A DNA stretch of 62,657 nt, the filler included, from Sluysia triapertura (lineage: Eukaryota), in assembly GCA_046118255.1 (NCBI GenBank). It is 5 parts of 5 records of this genome, joined end to end, with 100 filler letters (N's around TTAATTAATTAA, not from the genome) between each part and the next. Parts side by side here need not be neighbours in the genome. Positions count along the whole stretch, not along the records: positions 15,117 to 26,790 come from JBJNIA010181361.1; positions 26,891 to 38,810 come from JBJNIA010156158.1; 3 more parts are not named here. The stretch is one strand, 5' to 3'. Position 1 is the first letter of the stretch, and every line of letters starts with the position of its first letter. The notes under the pieces were generated by a model. That model was not told where the DNA came from, did no database searches, and saw nothing but the letters and a program-made list of their open reading frames with translations. Positions 20,941-35,710 of this stretch are shown piece after piece. Position numbers and translations under genes: made by a program.

Positions 20941-23569
20941 AACTTATATCAACCTCAAAGAAATCTAGTTTATATAATATGTGCGAATAATAATTACAAC
21001 AGTGCAAAAAGACCAATGGTAGATATGAGAGTAAATGGAAAAATATTATCTGCACTAGTAAATACAGGAGCTGTAGCCTCTTTAATAAGTGAATAATTGT
21101 TAACTACTAAACATCTTAAGAATTTAGCCAAACATTTATATGTCAGAGAAGTAACTGCTGATGAAATTAAAATATTTGGAGTATTAAAAATAAAATGTGA
21201 AATTGGACAAAATAAAATTGAAATAAAATATAGAGTTATGAGAAAATATTCAGAAGATATGATATTAGGCATAGATGTATTGTCACAATTAAAAGAGGTC
21301 TCATTAGATTTTAGCAAAGCCATACTGATAGACCAATAGATGACGATGATGTTATATTAGATGGCTACTCAGTAGAACTGAATGTATAATACCAAGTAAA
21401 ACGAATAGTTTAAGAAATGGCCCAATAATGTTCATTTCTTCGAAAAATAACCAAGAGAAATTAAACATAGGAATAGCACACTCAATTTGTAGGATCAGTG
21501 ACGGAAATATACCAATAAGGATAATAAATTATACAGATGAAAATAAATGGTCGTACAAAGGAACAAAACTAGAAGAAATAGTCAATTATAAATTACAAAC
21601 ACAAATAAATATGGATAAACCAAGAAATAAGAATATTAAGTTACAAATGGATATAAATTCGGAAGATGAAGAAGATTATGAAGAAATACAAATAAAGGAT
21701 AAGAATTTAACCGAACAGCAGAAAGAAACATTATATAAAGTCATTTATAGATATTCTTGGGCTGTTGCAAGAAATAAATATGATAGAGGAGATTCCTTAA
21801 TAATAAAACGCGAAATTCCACTAATTGAAGATAAAATGATAAGAAAGAAACCATATTGAATTCCATTGTGTAATCAGCAAGAAATGAAAGATCAAAGAGA
21901 TACAATAAAAAAGGCTGGAGTTATTATACCAAGTTTTTCTCCATTTTCATCGCCAGTATTATTAGTAGAGACAAAAGGATGGAACTATGAGATTTTGCAT
22001 TGATTGTTAAATAAAATAACAAGAAAGATGTATTTTCATTACCAAGAATAGATGAAATGTTGAATAAATTAAAGAATGGTAAATATTTTACAATTTTGGA
22101 TCTTCAAAGTAGATATTGGCAAATAGAGATAGAAGAGAAGGATAAACATAAAACAGCTTTTTCTTGAGGAGATGAATTGTAGGAGTGTGAAAAAATGCCG
22201 TTCGGATTAACAGGAGCACCAGCAACATTTCAAAGATGTATGAACATTGTATTATCTCGATGTAAAAATGTAAGGGTCTATATTGATGATATAATAATAT
22301 TTTCAAAAATTTTTGATACTCATGTAGTAGATATTGATATAACAATGAAAAGATTAGAAGTAGCAAGATTGAAAATTAAACCCACCGAATTTGTACGGGT
22401 AGAAGAACAAGTGTAATATTTAGGTCATATAGTTTCACATGAATGTATAAAGCCAAATCCAAAAAATATAAAAAAAGATGTAAAGTTTCCACCGCCAGAC
22501 AGTGTAAAGAATGTTCAAAACTTTTTAGGACTAGCAAATTATTACAGAAGATATGTAAAAGATTTTGCTAAAATAGTTCGACCTTTAAGAATGTTGACAC
22601 AAAAGAATGTAACATTTAAATGGACTGAAAGTTTTTATCGAATTAGAGAAAAATTTAACAACTGCCCCAATATTATTGTTTTCAGATATGAGCAAACCGT
22701 TCATTTTGACAACGCACGCTAGTAATTTTGCGATAGGAGCAATCCTGGAACAAAGAAATAAAGAAAATTTAGAAGGAGTAATAGCATATGAAGATTAAAT
22801 AAAGCTGAAATGAACTACTCTACAATAGAAAAAGAATGATTAGAAATAGCATATGTATGTAAATTATTCAGACACTATCTATTAGGACAAAAGGTATTTT
22901 TACATACAGATCATAAATCACTGACATATTTATATAACCATAAAGATGAAGTAAGTCGATTGAACAGATGGTTCACAAATCTGGGAGAATTTGACTTATA
23001 AATAATATATAAACCAGGGTCAATTAACAATGGTGCTGATTATATGTCTCGACTAACAAATACAGATGATAAAGCGAATTTCGGGTAAAATAGAAGAACC
23101 ATAGGAAATAATAAAACATCAGAGTGAAGATAAAGAAATGTCTTATGCATTTAAAGTGATAGATAAATGAAGAACAAGCTAAAAAGTTTCAATAACTGAT
23201 GAAATATTACGTTTCAAAGATTCAAAAGATGAATGGTAAACCATCGTACCTAAGTCATTAATAACTCCATTATTAATACAATACCACGATGGACAATTAG
23301 AAGAACACCTGTCAACAAGAAAAACATCACGAATTGAAAATAAATTTTATTGGGATAACACGGAAGAAGATATAAAGATTGGTGTACGTATTGTACTATT
23401 TGTTTGCAGAAGAAAGAATACAGGAACAAAAACAAAAGTACCACTAAAACCAATGATTATGCCTTTATCATCAATGGAATTCACAGCGATGGATATCACG
23501 GGACCACAAAATGACCTGAAGTTTATCCGATACCAAATCAGAAACAAGAAACTGTAGAAAAAATAATAT
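20941..23569 (+). pseudogene. pol: pol: aspartic protease, RT, RNase H, integrase (truncated)
   Basis: ALVNTGA; SPFSSPVLLV; LPRIDEML..LDLQSRYWQ..KHKTAF; MPFGLTGAPATFQR; VYIDDII; ASNFAIGAILEQ; NYSTIEKE; TDHKSL; ADYMSR; CTIC; AMDITGP. Many stops and frameshifts. Confidence 0.95.
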
Positions 23570-24540
23570 TGTGGGTGATTTTAAAAGATAAGACTCTTAT
23601 AGAATAAAATAGAATTTTAACGTGAGTCCAGTTAGGGCTAACCGTTGGATTTATGGAGAAAGGATTTGTTAAGTAAAGGTGGAATAACTTTCTCAAGTGT
23701 AAATTTAATAAGATGCTCTTACTTTAATTTCAGAACTTAAATGCTTATAGCCAAATCTGTTAATTTCTGGAGGTATTTTAATAAATGGGAGTCAGTGCAA
23801 GCTGTAGATAATTTATGAAGTGAAATTTAATATTTTATTAAATGAAAAATATTATTAAGAGTAGTTTACGTAGATCCTATGAAAAGGATCTGTAATAATT
23901 GATTTTGCGATATTAGAATTAAATTCTAATAGGAGAAATCTCTTCTTTAGTTTGAATTTTATATTTGAAACTCTAAAAGGTATCGTCAATCAAAATTAAC
24001 AACTAAGTTTTTTAATAATCTATTAACAAAAATTATAATGTTTACAAAGGATATTATAATATAAGAATAAGTTTAATCGTATTTTACGCAAGAACCGATA
24101 AATGGTTCCCAATTCGTTACAAAAATAAATTTAAATATATTTTACGTATGATACCTTTCAGGTATCCAAGCCTTAACAAAATAAACTAACTCAAAATTAT
24201 TTCGAAAAGAAAAACTGCTGCAATCTGGCCAAGGATAAATATCAAAAATATCTTCTGTCTTGAATGGCGTTAAAAAATAATGTATTGAAAATTGTGTGAC
24301 TTATGCATTTTACGTTGCTTATGTATAATTTATCTGACCTTGGCCAGATTAAAACAAAAATATTTATTATCAAAATAATTTAAAAGATATTTAAATTTAA
24401 TATCAAAGCTTACCTAAATTAGTTTTTTCAAAAAATTTAACAATATTTAATTTAATTACAAAATATTTATTAATTTAATTACAAAATATTAAAATTTACT
24501 TACATTTTATTAATTTAAATCCAAGGAATTATAAACAAAT
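23570..24540 (-). mobile_element. LTR, family A, inverted, truncating integrase (right end approximate)
   Basis: Inverted, internally deleted motif at 23621-23652; CTGACCTTGGCCAGA at 24333 matches 39219 inverted. Confidence 0.65.
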
Positions 24541-26919
24541 AAATATTAGTGAACAAAAATCAATAAGATTATAAACGTACAAAATATCAAAATTATAAAT
24601 GTACATAATATCAAATCATAAATGTATGTTATTAATTTCAGTGGGTCAAATCATAATCAGTGTGCGTATTGACAAATATTTCTAACCGATTTAATTTCAT
24701 AATGATTCATATACAATGAATCTTATACGATGGCTGTATATCTAATTTTCTCTACATTGACGTCAATGTTTGATACACAATGTATTTTATCGATACTAAT
24801 TAAGTGTAATGGATCTCTGTATATTTGTCTATTTTTTCTGACTTCTTTATTATTTAAATGTGTTTAACATTAATTTTTGCACTTTATAAAAATACTTTTA
24901 GGTGTTTAAACCTTTTTCTTAAGTTGCAAATTAAAGATTCGTGGATATTTGGATACTTTTGGACATTAAAAACAAAGTGAATCATAATTTAAAATTGTTT
25001 TCCGTAATTTTATGGGTTTTTATAATAATAATAAAGTTAACAAAATAAATGACCAGCAGCAAATGGAAATCATGGCTATAATACTGAACAAAGGTTACAA
25101 TAAGACATAACTAAATACTCAATAAAAAATAAAACTAAAAAACAATATTACAATAATGATATATAGCATGATTAACGTTGATATTTATACAACAGACGGC
25201 CATAGTAAAACTAATAGGAAATGAGTCATTAGTAATTTGTTAAAGGTAATATCGTTATTCTACAGGAGATTTGGTAATATATTGATATTCGATATTAAAT
25301 AAATTGTTCAAGATATAACAACCGAATTCGTTTTTTTCATTACACAATAAATCTTAATAAACAAAAATAACTGAGATTCTAACTTGTAATCTATTGGTTC
25401 TTCATTGGTGCTTATAAAAATATAAAAATAGATTTTTGTTGTATCCAATGATTAAGTTCAAATTTTGAAATGGCACTTCAAAATGCAGAAATAAAAGAAC
25501 TTTATTATAAGAAAAAGTACAAAATTTTGACACTATCATTGTTATTATAATAATTACTATTATCATTATTTGATTATTATTAATATTAATAATAATAATA
25601 TTATTATTGTTATTATTATTATCTATATTTATGAAAGCTAAGATTTAGACAAAATTTTATTTTATTCATATTTCAATTAATATTTCTATAAACATAGAAA
25701 AAGAGAAATAAAAGTACTTTTAAATGAATAAAAATAATTTGTTATATAAATTGATTATAAAACTCGACAAATGTATTCCTAATGATTTCAAATTTTAATT
25801 TCAAAATAAAATCCAGTTTAATAATGAAATATTTTTTTAACTTTTAATTATTATTTAATTATTTCTATTTTGAATATTTAAATATCATTTAAATATTATT
25901 TTCTTGAAATATTTTTTTAATTTACTTAATTAATAATAATATTTTAATTTGGAAATTAATTAATATAAATATTTAAATTAATTTATTTAATTAAAATAAA
26001 TTTTTAATTAAATAAATTAATTAAAATAAAATAAAATAGATCGTTTTTAATGATTGATAAATAACTGTTTCAATTTTTAAATAAAAATTGATTAAATAAT
26101 AAAATTGGAAAAAATACTAAATATATCTTAAAATAAAAATTACATAAATATTATTTATTAAAAAAAGCATTTAATTTCTAAAAATAAAAAATATAAACAA
26201 AAAATCGATATCTTTTCTTTTTTACATCTGTTTCATTTTATAATTAAATGTAACGGTAAACAATGTACAAAAAATCAATACATTGTTTATTCTTCAATTT
26301 CAAATAAAGTCATTATTAATTTTTTTGCAGGAAAAAATTGATTAAGGACAAATTTTGTTGTTAAATTTTGTTGCCGTTAGTTAAACGTCTGATAAAAATT
26401 TTTAGATAAAAAAAATTAAATCAACATATGTAATATAAATATAAATTATGTTTATATTAAAATGATTATAATTCATATTTTATAAACACTTTATCCAATT
26501 TTATTTATAATTTAAAATTATATAAATTTTATTTATGAAAGTTATATCGTCAGTTCAATTTTTATAATTATTAAGATTTGTAATTAGCCAATAAAAATGT
26601 GTTATTTATGTAAAATTTAAAATATGCATAAATTAAGTTAATTTTATTATTATTAATTGTATTATTAAAAATTTTATTTTGAAGTTAGGTAATAATATTA
26701 ATTAAGTTATGAAATTAGTAAAAATTAAAATTGATGATTGTAAAATTAAAAATATTATCAAACATTAATTTTCTTTTCATATTGTCTTATNNNNNNNNNN
26801 NNNNNNNNNNNNNNNNNNNNNNNNNNNNNNNNNNTTAATTAATTAANNNNNNNNNNNNNNNNNNNNNNNNNNNNNNNNNNNNNNNNNNNNCTGACTTATT
26901 GTAATAAAAACTAAAAATT

Positions 26920-29095
26920 AAATGGCAGAATTAAATGACTAACTAATTAAACTGATGCTAAATTATATACTAGTTATCAGCCAAAGAAAATCGATGGAAT
27001 GTTCTAGAACATTTTAGAAGCTTCAATTCTTTTTATAGAAGAGAATTTTCTTTTTCGAAATTTTATTTTCTTTTTTGAAAAATTAATATTTTTTGGTGTT
27101 TTTTGACACAAAAAATTTTAAAACATTTTGTGAGATTTTATAGGGTGATGATTGATTTTTGTGATAAAGTATTAATGATATTAGTAATAATATTATTATT
27201 AATATTATTATTGATAAAAATATAAAAATGTTTATATCAAAGTAGGCCACAAAATCCAGAACTATTTTGATATGAATGCTAAGGTATTTGTAGGTTATAT
27301 TAACTCATTACTGGCCGTTATTCGAAATTCAGTAGCCGCTGACGTAGTAGTACGTTTTTCACAGAACAACTTTGTTTGTGTTGCCATCAAACAGTCGATT
27401 AAGAATTTTTAGTGACTGGTTATGAGTTAACAAGGTTATCACTGTCATGTTTTTGGTGATCGTGTACATAATTACAGATATAATTCACAAATACTTTTCT
27501 AAAAACCACAGATGGAAAACTTCTCCGAATAAACAAAATGAAGAGTTTCACAAACTGCCTCAAAAGTTATGGAAATTTTAAAAAGTACTATTAAATATAC
27601 TCTAAATCTAAAAACTATAGTTCTACGGAAAAAAATACATTAAATCTGACATGCAAAATGTTAAGTCCATTTTAAGTAAAGAAAATATAGAAAGTTTTGA
27701 GTTTATTTATGAAAATGACATTTTTCATGATATTGGTGTTATAATGAATAATCAAATAGATGCTAAATTATGTGACATTATTATTATTTGAAATTAAGCA
27801 AAAGTGATACAAATAATTCTTTTCCAGTAAAAGTACCGAATATAGGCTTCTCTATGGACTCAAAGAAAATATTAATTATATGATTACAAAATATGGATAT
27901 CAATTAAAGAAAATATCAAATATTCGAAAATTTATTAATAGCTGAACTAAGGACTTTAACAATGGTATATTGTATTCAATTCCATACGGAAGTGTAAAAT
28001 TAGCAATTTTCCAAGTAAGAAGAAGACCTTATGTAACACCTTAAAGAATTACATTGGTTACCAATAAAAGCAAGAGTATACTTCAAAATTATGACAATAA
28101 TTTATAAATTCTTATATTATGGAAGTCCCGAATACCTACCGGAAATAATAAATATTTATAAGCCAAAATGAGTGCGCCATTAAGGTATAACAATTTATAC
28201 GGAATCCACAGTGATAATAAGTTAAGCGATGGTTTATATACCGTTTATATTTCAAAAATGTACAACTAATTACCAGGAAATTTTAAATTACTGAATGATT
28301 ATGAAATATTTAAGAAAAGGCACAGTTCTTTCTATTTCAGAAATATTATGATGAATGATTTATTTTAAGTGCTTTTGAGTACTTATTCTACATTAGGTGT
28401 TAGCACAATATAAATTATATTATTATTGTCAATATTATTATTATTATTAAATCTGTTCTTATCAGATATTACGGAAGAAATTGTTGTATAATGTTGTATT
28501 GTATTACTTTATAATTAATTAATTAATTAACTCAATAAATAAATTAATATTTATATAATAATTAATAAAATCCACAAAAATAATATATTAATTTATATAT
28601 AGCCAAGATTTACTATAAAACAATTATTGAAAAACGCATAGCATAAATCATTCTTCTTAAATATATCATAATCTTACATTGACTTAACATTCTCTGATAA
28701 CAGGTTGCATAATTTTGAAACATAAATCGATATATAATGTAATTTAATTTATAATCATTCTGTATTCTTCATAAACTGTTATATCGTAAAGACATTCATT
28801 ATGGTTTCCTAATTTATTATTATTTTTAGAAATGAAATACGGTAGCAAAACCAACTTATAATATTAATTTAAATTACTTTCTTAAAAAGAAATCCCATTT
28901 TCAAAAAATAAATCTTATTTTCCAAAAAAGAAACTTATTTTCTAAAAAGGAAAAATAGAAATAGAAGTTTCTAGAATGTCCTAGAACATTCTAGAATTTT
29001 ATTCACTTATTATTGGCTGTTGGCTTATATGAATAACTGCAATTAGTCATAAATTAATACAATCATAAATCCAATTTTTAGACGCCATTTTGGAA
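26920..29095. repeat. About 2.2-kb segment bounded by diverged inverted copies of the AAATGGC..CAGCCAA..HSE repeat
   Basis: 26920-27060 matches the reverse complement of 28920-29095; third related copy at 11985-12150. Confidence 0.5.
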
Positions 29096-29399
29096 TTCGT
29101 TTAATCAAATTTTAGTCATCGGATTTTGGACTTTTTAAGCTACGATCTTTCAATTCTACGAAATTAAATCTATGGCTACGGCGCTTTACCTTCGTAGAGG
29201 TAGAAACACCAAACTTCACTTAAATTATGTTTTGTAATTATTTATCTATCGCCGCGATATAATGAGGGAATTTTTATAATTTAAAATCTAAATAATTAAA
29301 TTAAAGATTCGTTAGGATTTTAAATTTAAATTATATTTGTCAGTTTTTATACTAATCTTTTTTGTTGTTTCATTGTTAATAATTATTATTGTTGTTAAT

Positions 29400-29510
29400 T
29401 GTAATCGGAGTAAGTTGACCCTCGTAAGTAAGATTATAGGAACGCCTTACTATAACCGGACTCTGCTTAATTTTTATTTTTCCGTAGATGTAGATTTAAG
29501 AAAAACCACA
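29400..29510 (+). mobile_element. LTR 3' end, family D
   Basis: Matches 5680-5852; AGTAAG/CTTACT stem enclosing ACCCTCGTAAGT; ends ACCACA. Confidence 0.5.
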
Positions 29511-32049
29511 GCATTTGTTAATTTATTATTTTTACCTACTAACGTAAATAAATATAATTAATGGTTATACCTATAATGAAAAGTATTTATACTGAATCTT
29601 TTATCAATTTATATTTCTAGTAATGAAGGTCTAAATCTTAAATTGTAGTCTGAAATCCTTAATTAACATAAGAATAGATAATAGATAATAAGATTAGATA
29701 ATAGTTTCTCCTTTTTAACAATAATCACACTATATTTTAAGTGAAGATCATTCAAGTAAACCAATCTTTTAATTTCCTCGAATTGTTCAGAGTTTCTGTA
29801 TTTTTTAATTGTTTTTATCTTCTTAATATTATTTTCAATTCCAAAGAACTTTTAATATGATTATTATTGCTTATTATTATTGTTTGTTATAATACAATTA
29901 TTACTATTATTAATTATTTTATCTCACAAAATAAAATAAAATAGTGGTGGGTACCCTTGTAAGATTTACACATAATATAACTTAACAAATTTTACAAATT
30001 GTTTTTGTGCCACTTTAAAACTAAAATCTGATATAAATTATTTTAACTTAATACTAATACTAATTAATTGCTAATAACAGCTAGACAGTCACTTTAATTT
30101 TAAAAATAATTTACTTACAAATTAATTGAATTTTCTATATTCAGTCACGATGACATATCTTACTAAATTCAACAAATATAATTTAACTTTTACCTTTGCA
30201 ATGATATAAAAACGCAATTAAAAAATTTCAAATATAAAAACACGATAATACAAACATAGAATCAATAAAATTAAATATAGAAAACAAAGATAAAGCAACT
30301 GATTTTAAAATTATTTTGCTAAAACTTTAAAGTTGCTTAGAAAATATTTGTTTAAATTTAAGTCATTTAAATTTCAATTTAACTCATCTTTTAATGAGGG
30401 AAACTTAACATAAAAACTGAAATTAATCCAAAGAAAATAGAAGAGTTCTAAATAATTACTTTCTCTTTAATTTCTATCAGTAATTCTTAAAAATATTCTG
30501 TTTATCTTTTGTTCAAATAAGAAGTTTTCATTTCTCTGGCTCTTCCAATTTTTGAAAAACATAAACAAAAATTATTCTAATTCAATTCTATTTTTATTTC
30601 TAAATTCTGAAAATTATATTGACTATTTCAGCTATTTATAGATTTCTTTAGCCAATAGTATGATATCGTAAGATATCACACCATATTATTAAAATATTAT
30701 TATTGTTTATTATTATTATTACATAAATTATTATTATTATTTCTTTTTTGGTATTTTTGTTAGAAAGGTGAATTAATCCTTTAAGAATATTTATTTTTAT
30801 TATTCACTACTATTTTATTATTGACTTATTGAACAACCTATCCCAAAACCCAGTGGTTCCAAGAGATATTCAGTACTTTCATAATGCAAGCATTTATAAA
30901 TTATTGATTTTTTTGGTAACCAATGTAATTTCGTACAATTCAATAATAATTTCATTTTTGCAATTTTCTTTATGCAGTGCACTAATACAAAAACCTATAC
31001 TATTAATTATTAATGAATTATTTATTTCCACTATTTGTTATTCTCTTTGACTGATATTTACACTGTTTTGACATTATAGTTAATATTTTATTCTATATAT
31101 GCATTTTCAAATCCAGATAGTATCCTGTATTTCTTCGTTCCGCGTCTAACATACTACTGTGATTCGTTTATTTTAGCATCAGCTGTTTTTATTAGTGATA
31201 TTCTAATATATATTCTAACTTTGCTACACTGTTCTTATATTCTTTTAATAGAATTTACTATATTATTAATTTAAAACTCACTTTATATTTGCATCATATT
31301 TTATCGAATTAAATAAGAAAGATTTTCTTTGGAGATCATAATGTAACCTTTTATGATAGAGTAAAAAACTTAATTAAGAAACTTAAATGGTAGTCAGTCA
31401 TTGAAATATTTATAAGAATTACCATTTAAAAAAGAAAGTTTTTTAAGAAATAGTGAGTTAATAATCTAAAACATAAAGAATCAGTAATTTTATTGTAATA
31501 TTGCTTCATTTGATAATGCAAATATATCTCCATTATTTAAAAACTTGTTTTAATTGATATGATTGTACAATAAATTTTAAATCATTATAAAATACTATAT
31601 AACTAATAAATATGAAGAATGATTGACAATAGTGAAATATGTATTTTAATTGAATGTAATTTCTGAGTTTGGATTAACTGTATTTTAACTGATTGAATTA
31701 TCGGAATGAAATATTTATAACCCTAAAAATCGTTCCATTTATTTTTGTTAAAATATAAATTTATTTAACTAAAGTTGATTTATAAAGATAATGTATCTCA
31801 AAATCGAATAACACATTTTTATGCAAGAAAAGAAATCAACTTCTGATTCCAAGAACAATTAAAATAAATGATACAGTTAATAAAATTAATCCACTAATGG
31901 TAATAAAGTGTTTGCTTTACATACAAAGATTTAGCGGCCTATCTTAGATAATAGGTAGTACAAATAAAAAATTAAAGCAAAAGAATCTGTGAAAATCTAT
32001 TATTACTTAATAATAATAATAAGTAATTTTATCATCCAATTCCACAGAA

Positions 32050-32667
32050 GAAAACAATTCGTAATTTCCATGAAAGCACGTTTTTTTCTATTAGGTTTAA
32101 CGTTATCATTGTAACTAGGAGAAGTTACAATACCCACTTAAAATCTAAATACTAATCTTAAACCTTAAAGACTAAGTTAATTTGTAATTTTTAAAATACG
32201 TACACACTAAAGAAATTTAAGTGTCAAAATCCATATTGTTATTATATTTATCTGTGGTATATTCGTGTTAAATTGTGTCTAACTCATTGTATATTAGATT
32301 TTTAAAATTTTGCATATAATATAGTCCATCGTTTCACTTTGTATTATTGATGTAACACTTAAAATATTTCATCATTTAAAAGACCGTAAAAAATTCATAA
32401 CTTAACATTTAAAATAATTCATTTTTATTAGACCTTAAAAGGCTAACTCAAAATCTAAATTCTTTGATCATTGTTGCTAGCTTAAAATACTAACTCATAC
32501 TTAACTTAGTGAATTAGTTACTTTATATAATTTTTGTGTACAACTTAACAGATATTTTCTAAAATACTACGTGACTAAATTTAAATTAGGACGCCTTCTT
32601 CTTAGATTTAGGTGAACTAAACCTTCAGATTATTTTGTAATCATAGATTTATAATAAAACACTTGCA
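32050..32667 (+). mobile_element. LTR, family B, copy 4 (5' limit uncertain)
   Basis: TTCCATGAAAG, TTAGACCTTAAAAGGCTAA, CTACGTGACTAA, TTAGGTGAACTAA; ends ATAAAACACTTGCA, identical to the end at 20792. Confidence 0.75.
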
Positions 32668-34741
32668 AATTTCTATTGTTGTTTTATGAAATAGTATCTC
32701 AAAATTATCTCCTTGCATGCTAGGCATGAAGAATCCAGGAAAGAATGCAATGAGTAAGTTTTATCATGAATATCATTAATGCTTGCGCAGTTTGGCATTA
32801 AAAAGGTATGGCGGTTTGTATTTTTCAAAATATGTGAGAATCTTAGTCAAAAAGTCAAGATAGAAAGCAAAAGGTCAATATTTGTTTTTGTTGTACTAAA
32901 ATATACTACAATTCAGAGGTGTCACATGAATTCCATCTGAGTCATCAAATATGAATTCTTTATTATCCACACTGATCTGGCTTGACTATTCCTTAATCAA
33001 ACACAGAAATTTTTGCAACAAAAGAAGATTTTCAAATGTTTTCTCTAAATGAACCTGTGATTTCTGATGTAAATTTCTACATAATATTATGTATTAACTC
33101 TAATGGTACCTTTGTATAATAATTTTGTTTTTTTTATAATATTTCGATTTAATTTAATGATTATTATTTGCTAGATGAAATTACATTTAATAATTATTAT
33201 TTATTACATGAAATTACGTATTATACATGGAATTACATTTTTTATTACATGTTGAAATTAAAATTATACACTCACAAAATGTTAAATATTTAAATCAACA
33301 CGATAAATGTACGATAAATGATAAATACTAAACTTAAATTATCATTATGAACAAAAATTTAATTATAAATTATATATTTTCATTATTTATCGAAAATGTT
33401 TATACGATATACACCAGAGTATATGAAATTTATTACTTATTATTGCTGGATGTTTTTCTTAATCTAAAAACCTAACCTGCAGCAAAATAAAGTATTATTC
33501 TGAGTTCGTTTACGACTTACTAATAGCGTACCTGTAAAATTACATGAAAAACAATTATCAAAATTAATCGTACAAAAATATTCTTTGCCTTAACTTAACA
33601 ATAATGGGCAAAATCGCAGTTTATGTCAACTAACAATAAATAACTTAAAAAACTAACTAAGACCAACGAAAGCTTATGGAATATTTAAATTAATATAAAA
33701 ATCAAGTAAATAATGATGGTATAAAGACGTTTCGTCTCTTATATCTTTAAATCTTAATATAATGACCGTAAAAACTTCTTAGTTTTACTTTTAATTCTAT
33801 GAAACGATTTTGGACTTAACGTTCTTACAATGAAAAAATATATTCAAATATAAATTGATCGTAGTGTAAGGTGGTTTTTTAAAATGGATTTAAATTACGA
33901 AGTTGGTATTATGATAATTATAATAAGAACAAAACGTAAAACTTTCTAATACTTTTATTACTCGAAACTAAAATATAAATATAAATTATTGTAAACTTAT
34001 AAAATTCAATAAAAACACAAAAATTTTATAGATAATAAATTTATAACATTTATAGTTAAATTATAATAAAGGCCTAGCGAAAATACTACCTATAATTGAC
34101 CTTAAGGGACAACTAAAGGTTGAAGATTTTAGCATGATTTTATGATTGGCCTTAATGACCAACTGTGAAAAACAGTATTTTAAGTGGATTTTATGGCTCT
34201 GTGGGAGTTTATAAACATATGCAAGTCCAACTTAAGAATTTAATTATTAATATAATTTGATCTCCGGCGATATTGCTTGAAATTGGATTGATTGATCGAG
34301 TTGCTGCTGCTTAGAAAATGCTACTCCTCTAATCCAATACTCGGGGACTGCACAATAAATGTAAGGAATTGAAATAAAAAATTTAATAATGAATTTGTTG
34401 ATGATGAGCTGGATGGTGCTTTGCTTGTCGATGAATTTCAAAATGGAGTAAATTTTTAATGACTTCGTCATTTGTTTCTAGTTGTTTCTTGTTGTGGTTT
34501 ATTATGTTTGACGTTAAACTTAATGTTTGTAAAGACAGAAATTATCTTACCACATTTAAAAAATTTTTAAAGTTTTCATAGAATATTGAAAGTGAAAAAT
34601 TATAAACGATAATTAAAAAGTTATCACGACATAAAATTTTATTTCTATATTCTAATACACAAAATTTTGGATTTATAGTTTTCTTCCTATATGTGCCAAG
34701 GATAATGGTTTATTCCGATATTCACGATGTACATCATATTG

Positions 34742-35710
34742 CTAATACAAATGAGACATATTTACTCGAATCAAATTAATAGCATTAAAAACTTCTTTTA
34801 GATCTATAAGTTCGTAATTATAAGAATAGAACTGATCAACACTATTATACTGTGTTCGATGTTCATGTACAGTTGGATACGTGCACGTTCCGTTATAATG
34901 ATCACATATGAAAGATATTCTAGAAAATATTTTGTTTGTAAATAAAATTTTACTTGTCTTCATTTTACGATTAATAACACTGTCAAAACTGATTGGGTTT
35001 TTGAATATAACTAAAATATCTGCATCTATTAAATTAAGAAGAAATCGTTTCATGCATTTATCAGAAATCATAATACTTAGTATGTTGCTTTTATTTATAT
35101 TATCTGAATCTTCATTATAGTTGTTACTAAGTGTTTTTATTACATTAAGTCTATCTTTCATAAATAAACAATATTGATCATCGTCTAAATTTAATCCATT
35201 GTTTGTGATGATGTCAAACTTCCGTGATGAAGTATATTCGATTGTAACAGAGTTTCGTCCTTTAAATTTACATGCTTGTTGAATACTGTGTCCTTGTAAA
35301 GTTTGATACAAAAAATAACATCACTTCTGCGCTAAAACTTTGACTTTTACATAATTTGTACATATTTGTTTCACTTACAATTTGAACAATGAAATGATTT
35401 TTCATGTTTCCTTTTGTATCAATTTGATGATATGCCTTTTGATAATTTGTTTGGCGTTCAAATGATGCTGTTAGTTTTATAGCTCTGCGTTGTCACCTTT
35501 AATATCTATAGCTGATATCACTTGTAAATTAGCATTTTCGTTAATAAAATCATGATTTGCTGTGTCAAATTCGGCCACAGGAATAACTTGCTTCGAGGAT
35601 TTGTTTGCCATTGTCGAATTTCGATGTAATATTGAATAATTTGCAATTTTATTAGAATTGTAATCCCAGTGTGTAATGTTACTAAAATTGGTAGCTTTTA
35701 TAATTATCAT
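34742..35710 (-). pseudogene. Orphan coding region downstream of a family C-like terminus at 36556
   Basis: 189-aa and 77-aa open frames; weak similarity to 3157-3807 (ADILVIFKNPISF vs ANLTLKLDKPNHF); TGTGGTGGC start at 36556 (-). Confidence 0.4.

Larger units (their letters stand above)
15117..23569 (+). mobile_element. Decayed Ty3/gypsy-type element, copy 1: LTR-gag-env-PR-RT-RH-IN, with three internal nested insertions
   Basis: Component pseudogenes listed separately; pol order RT-RNaseH-IN with YIDD. Confidence 0.75.

Noticed and set aside
29337-31050. Short hydrophobic ORFs in AT-rich DNA (also 35924-36112, 38499-38702, 46128-46337)
   Set aside because: Expected from ATT/TTA low-complexity composition; no motifs.
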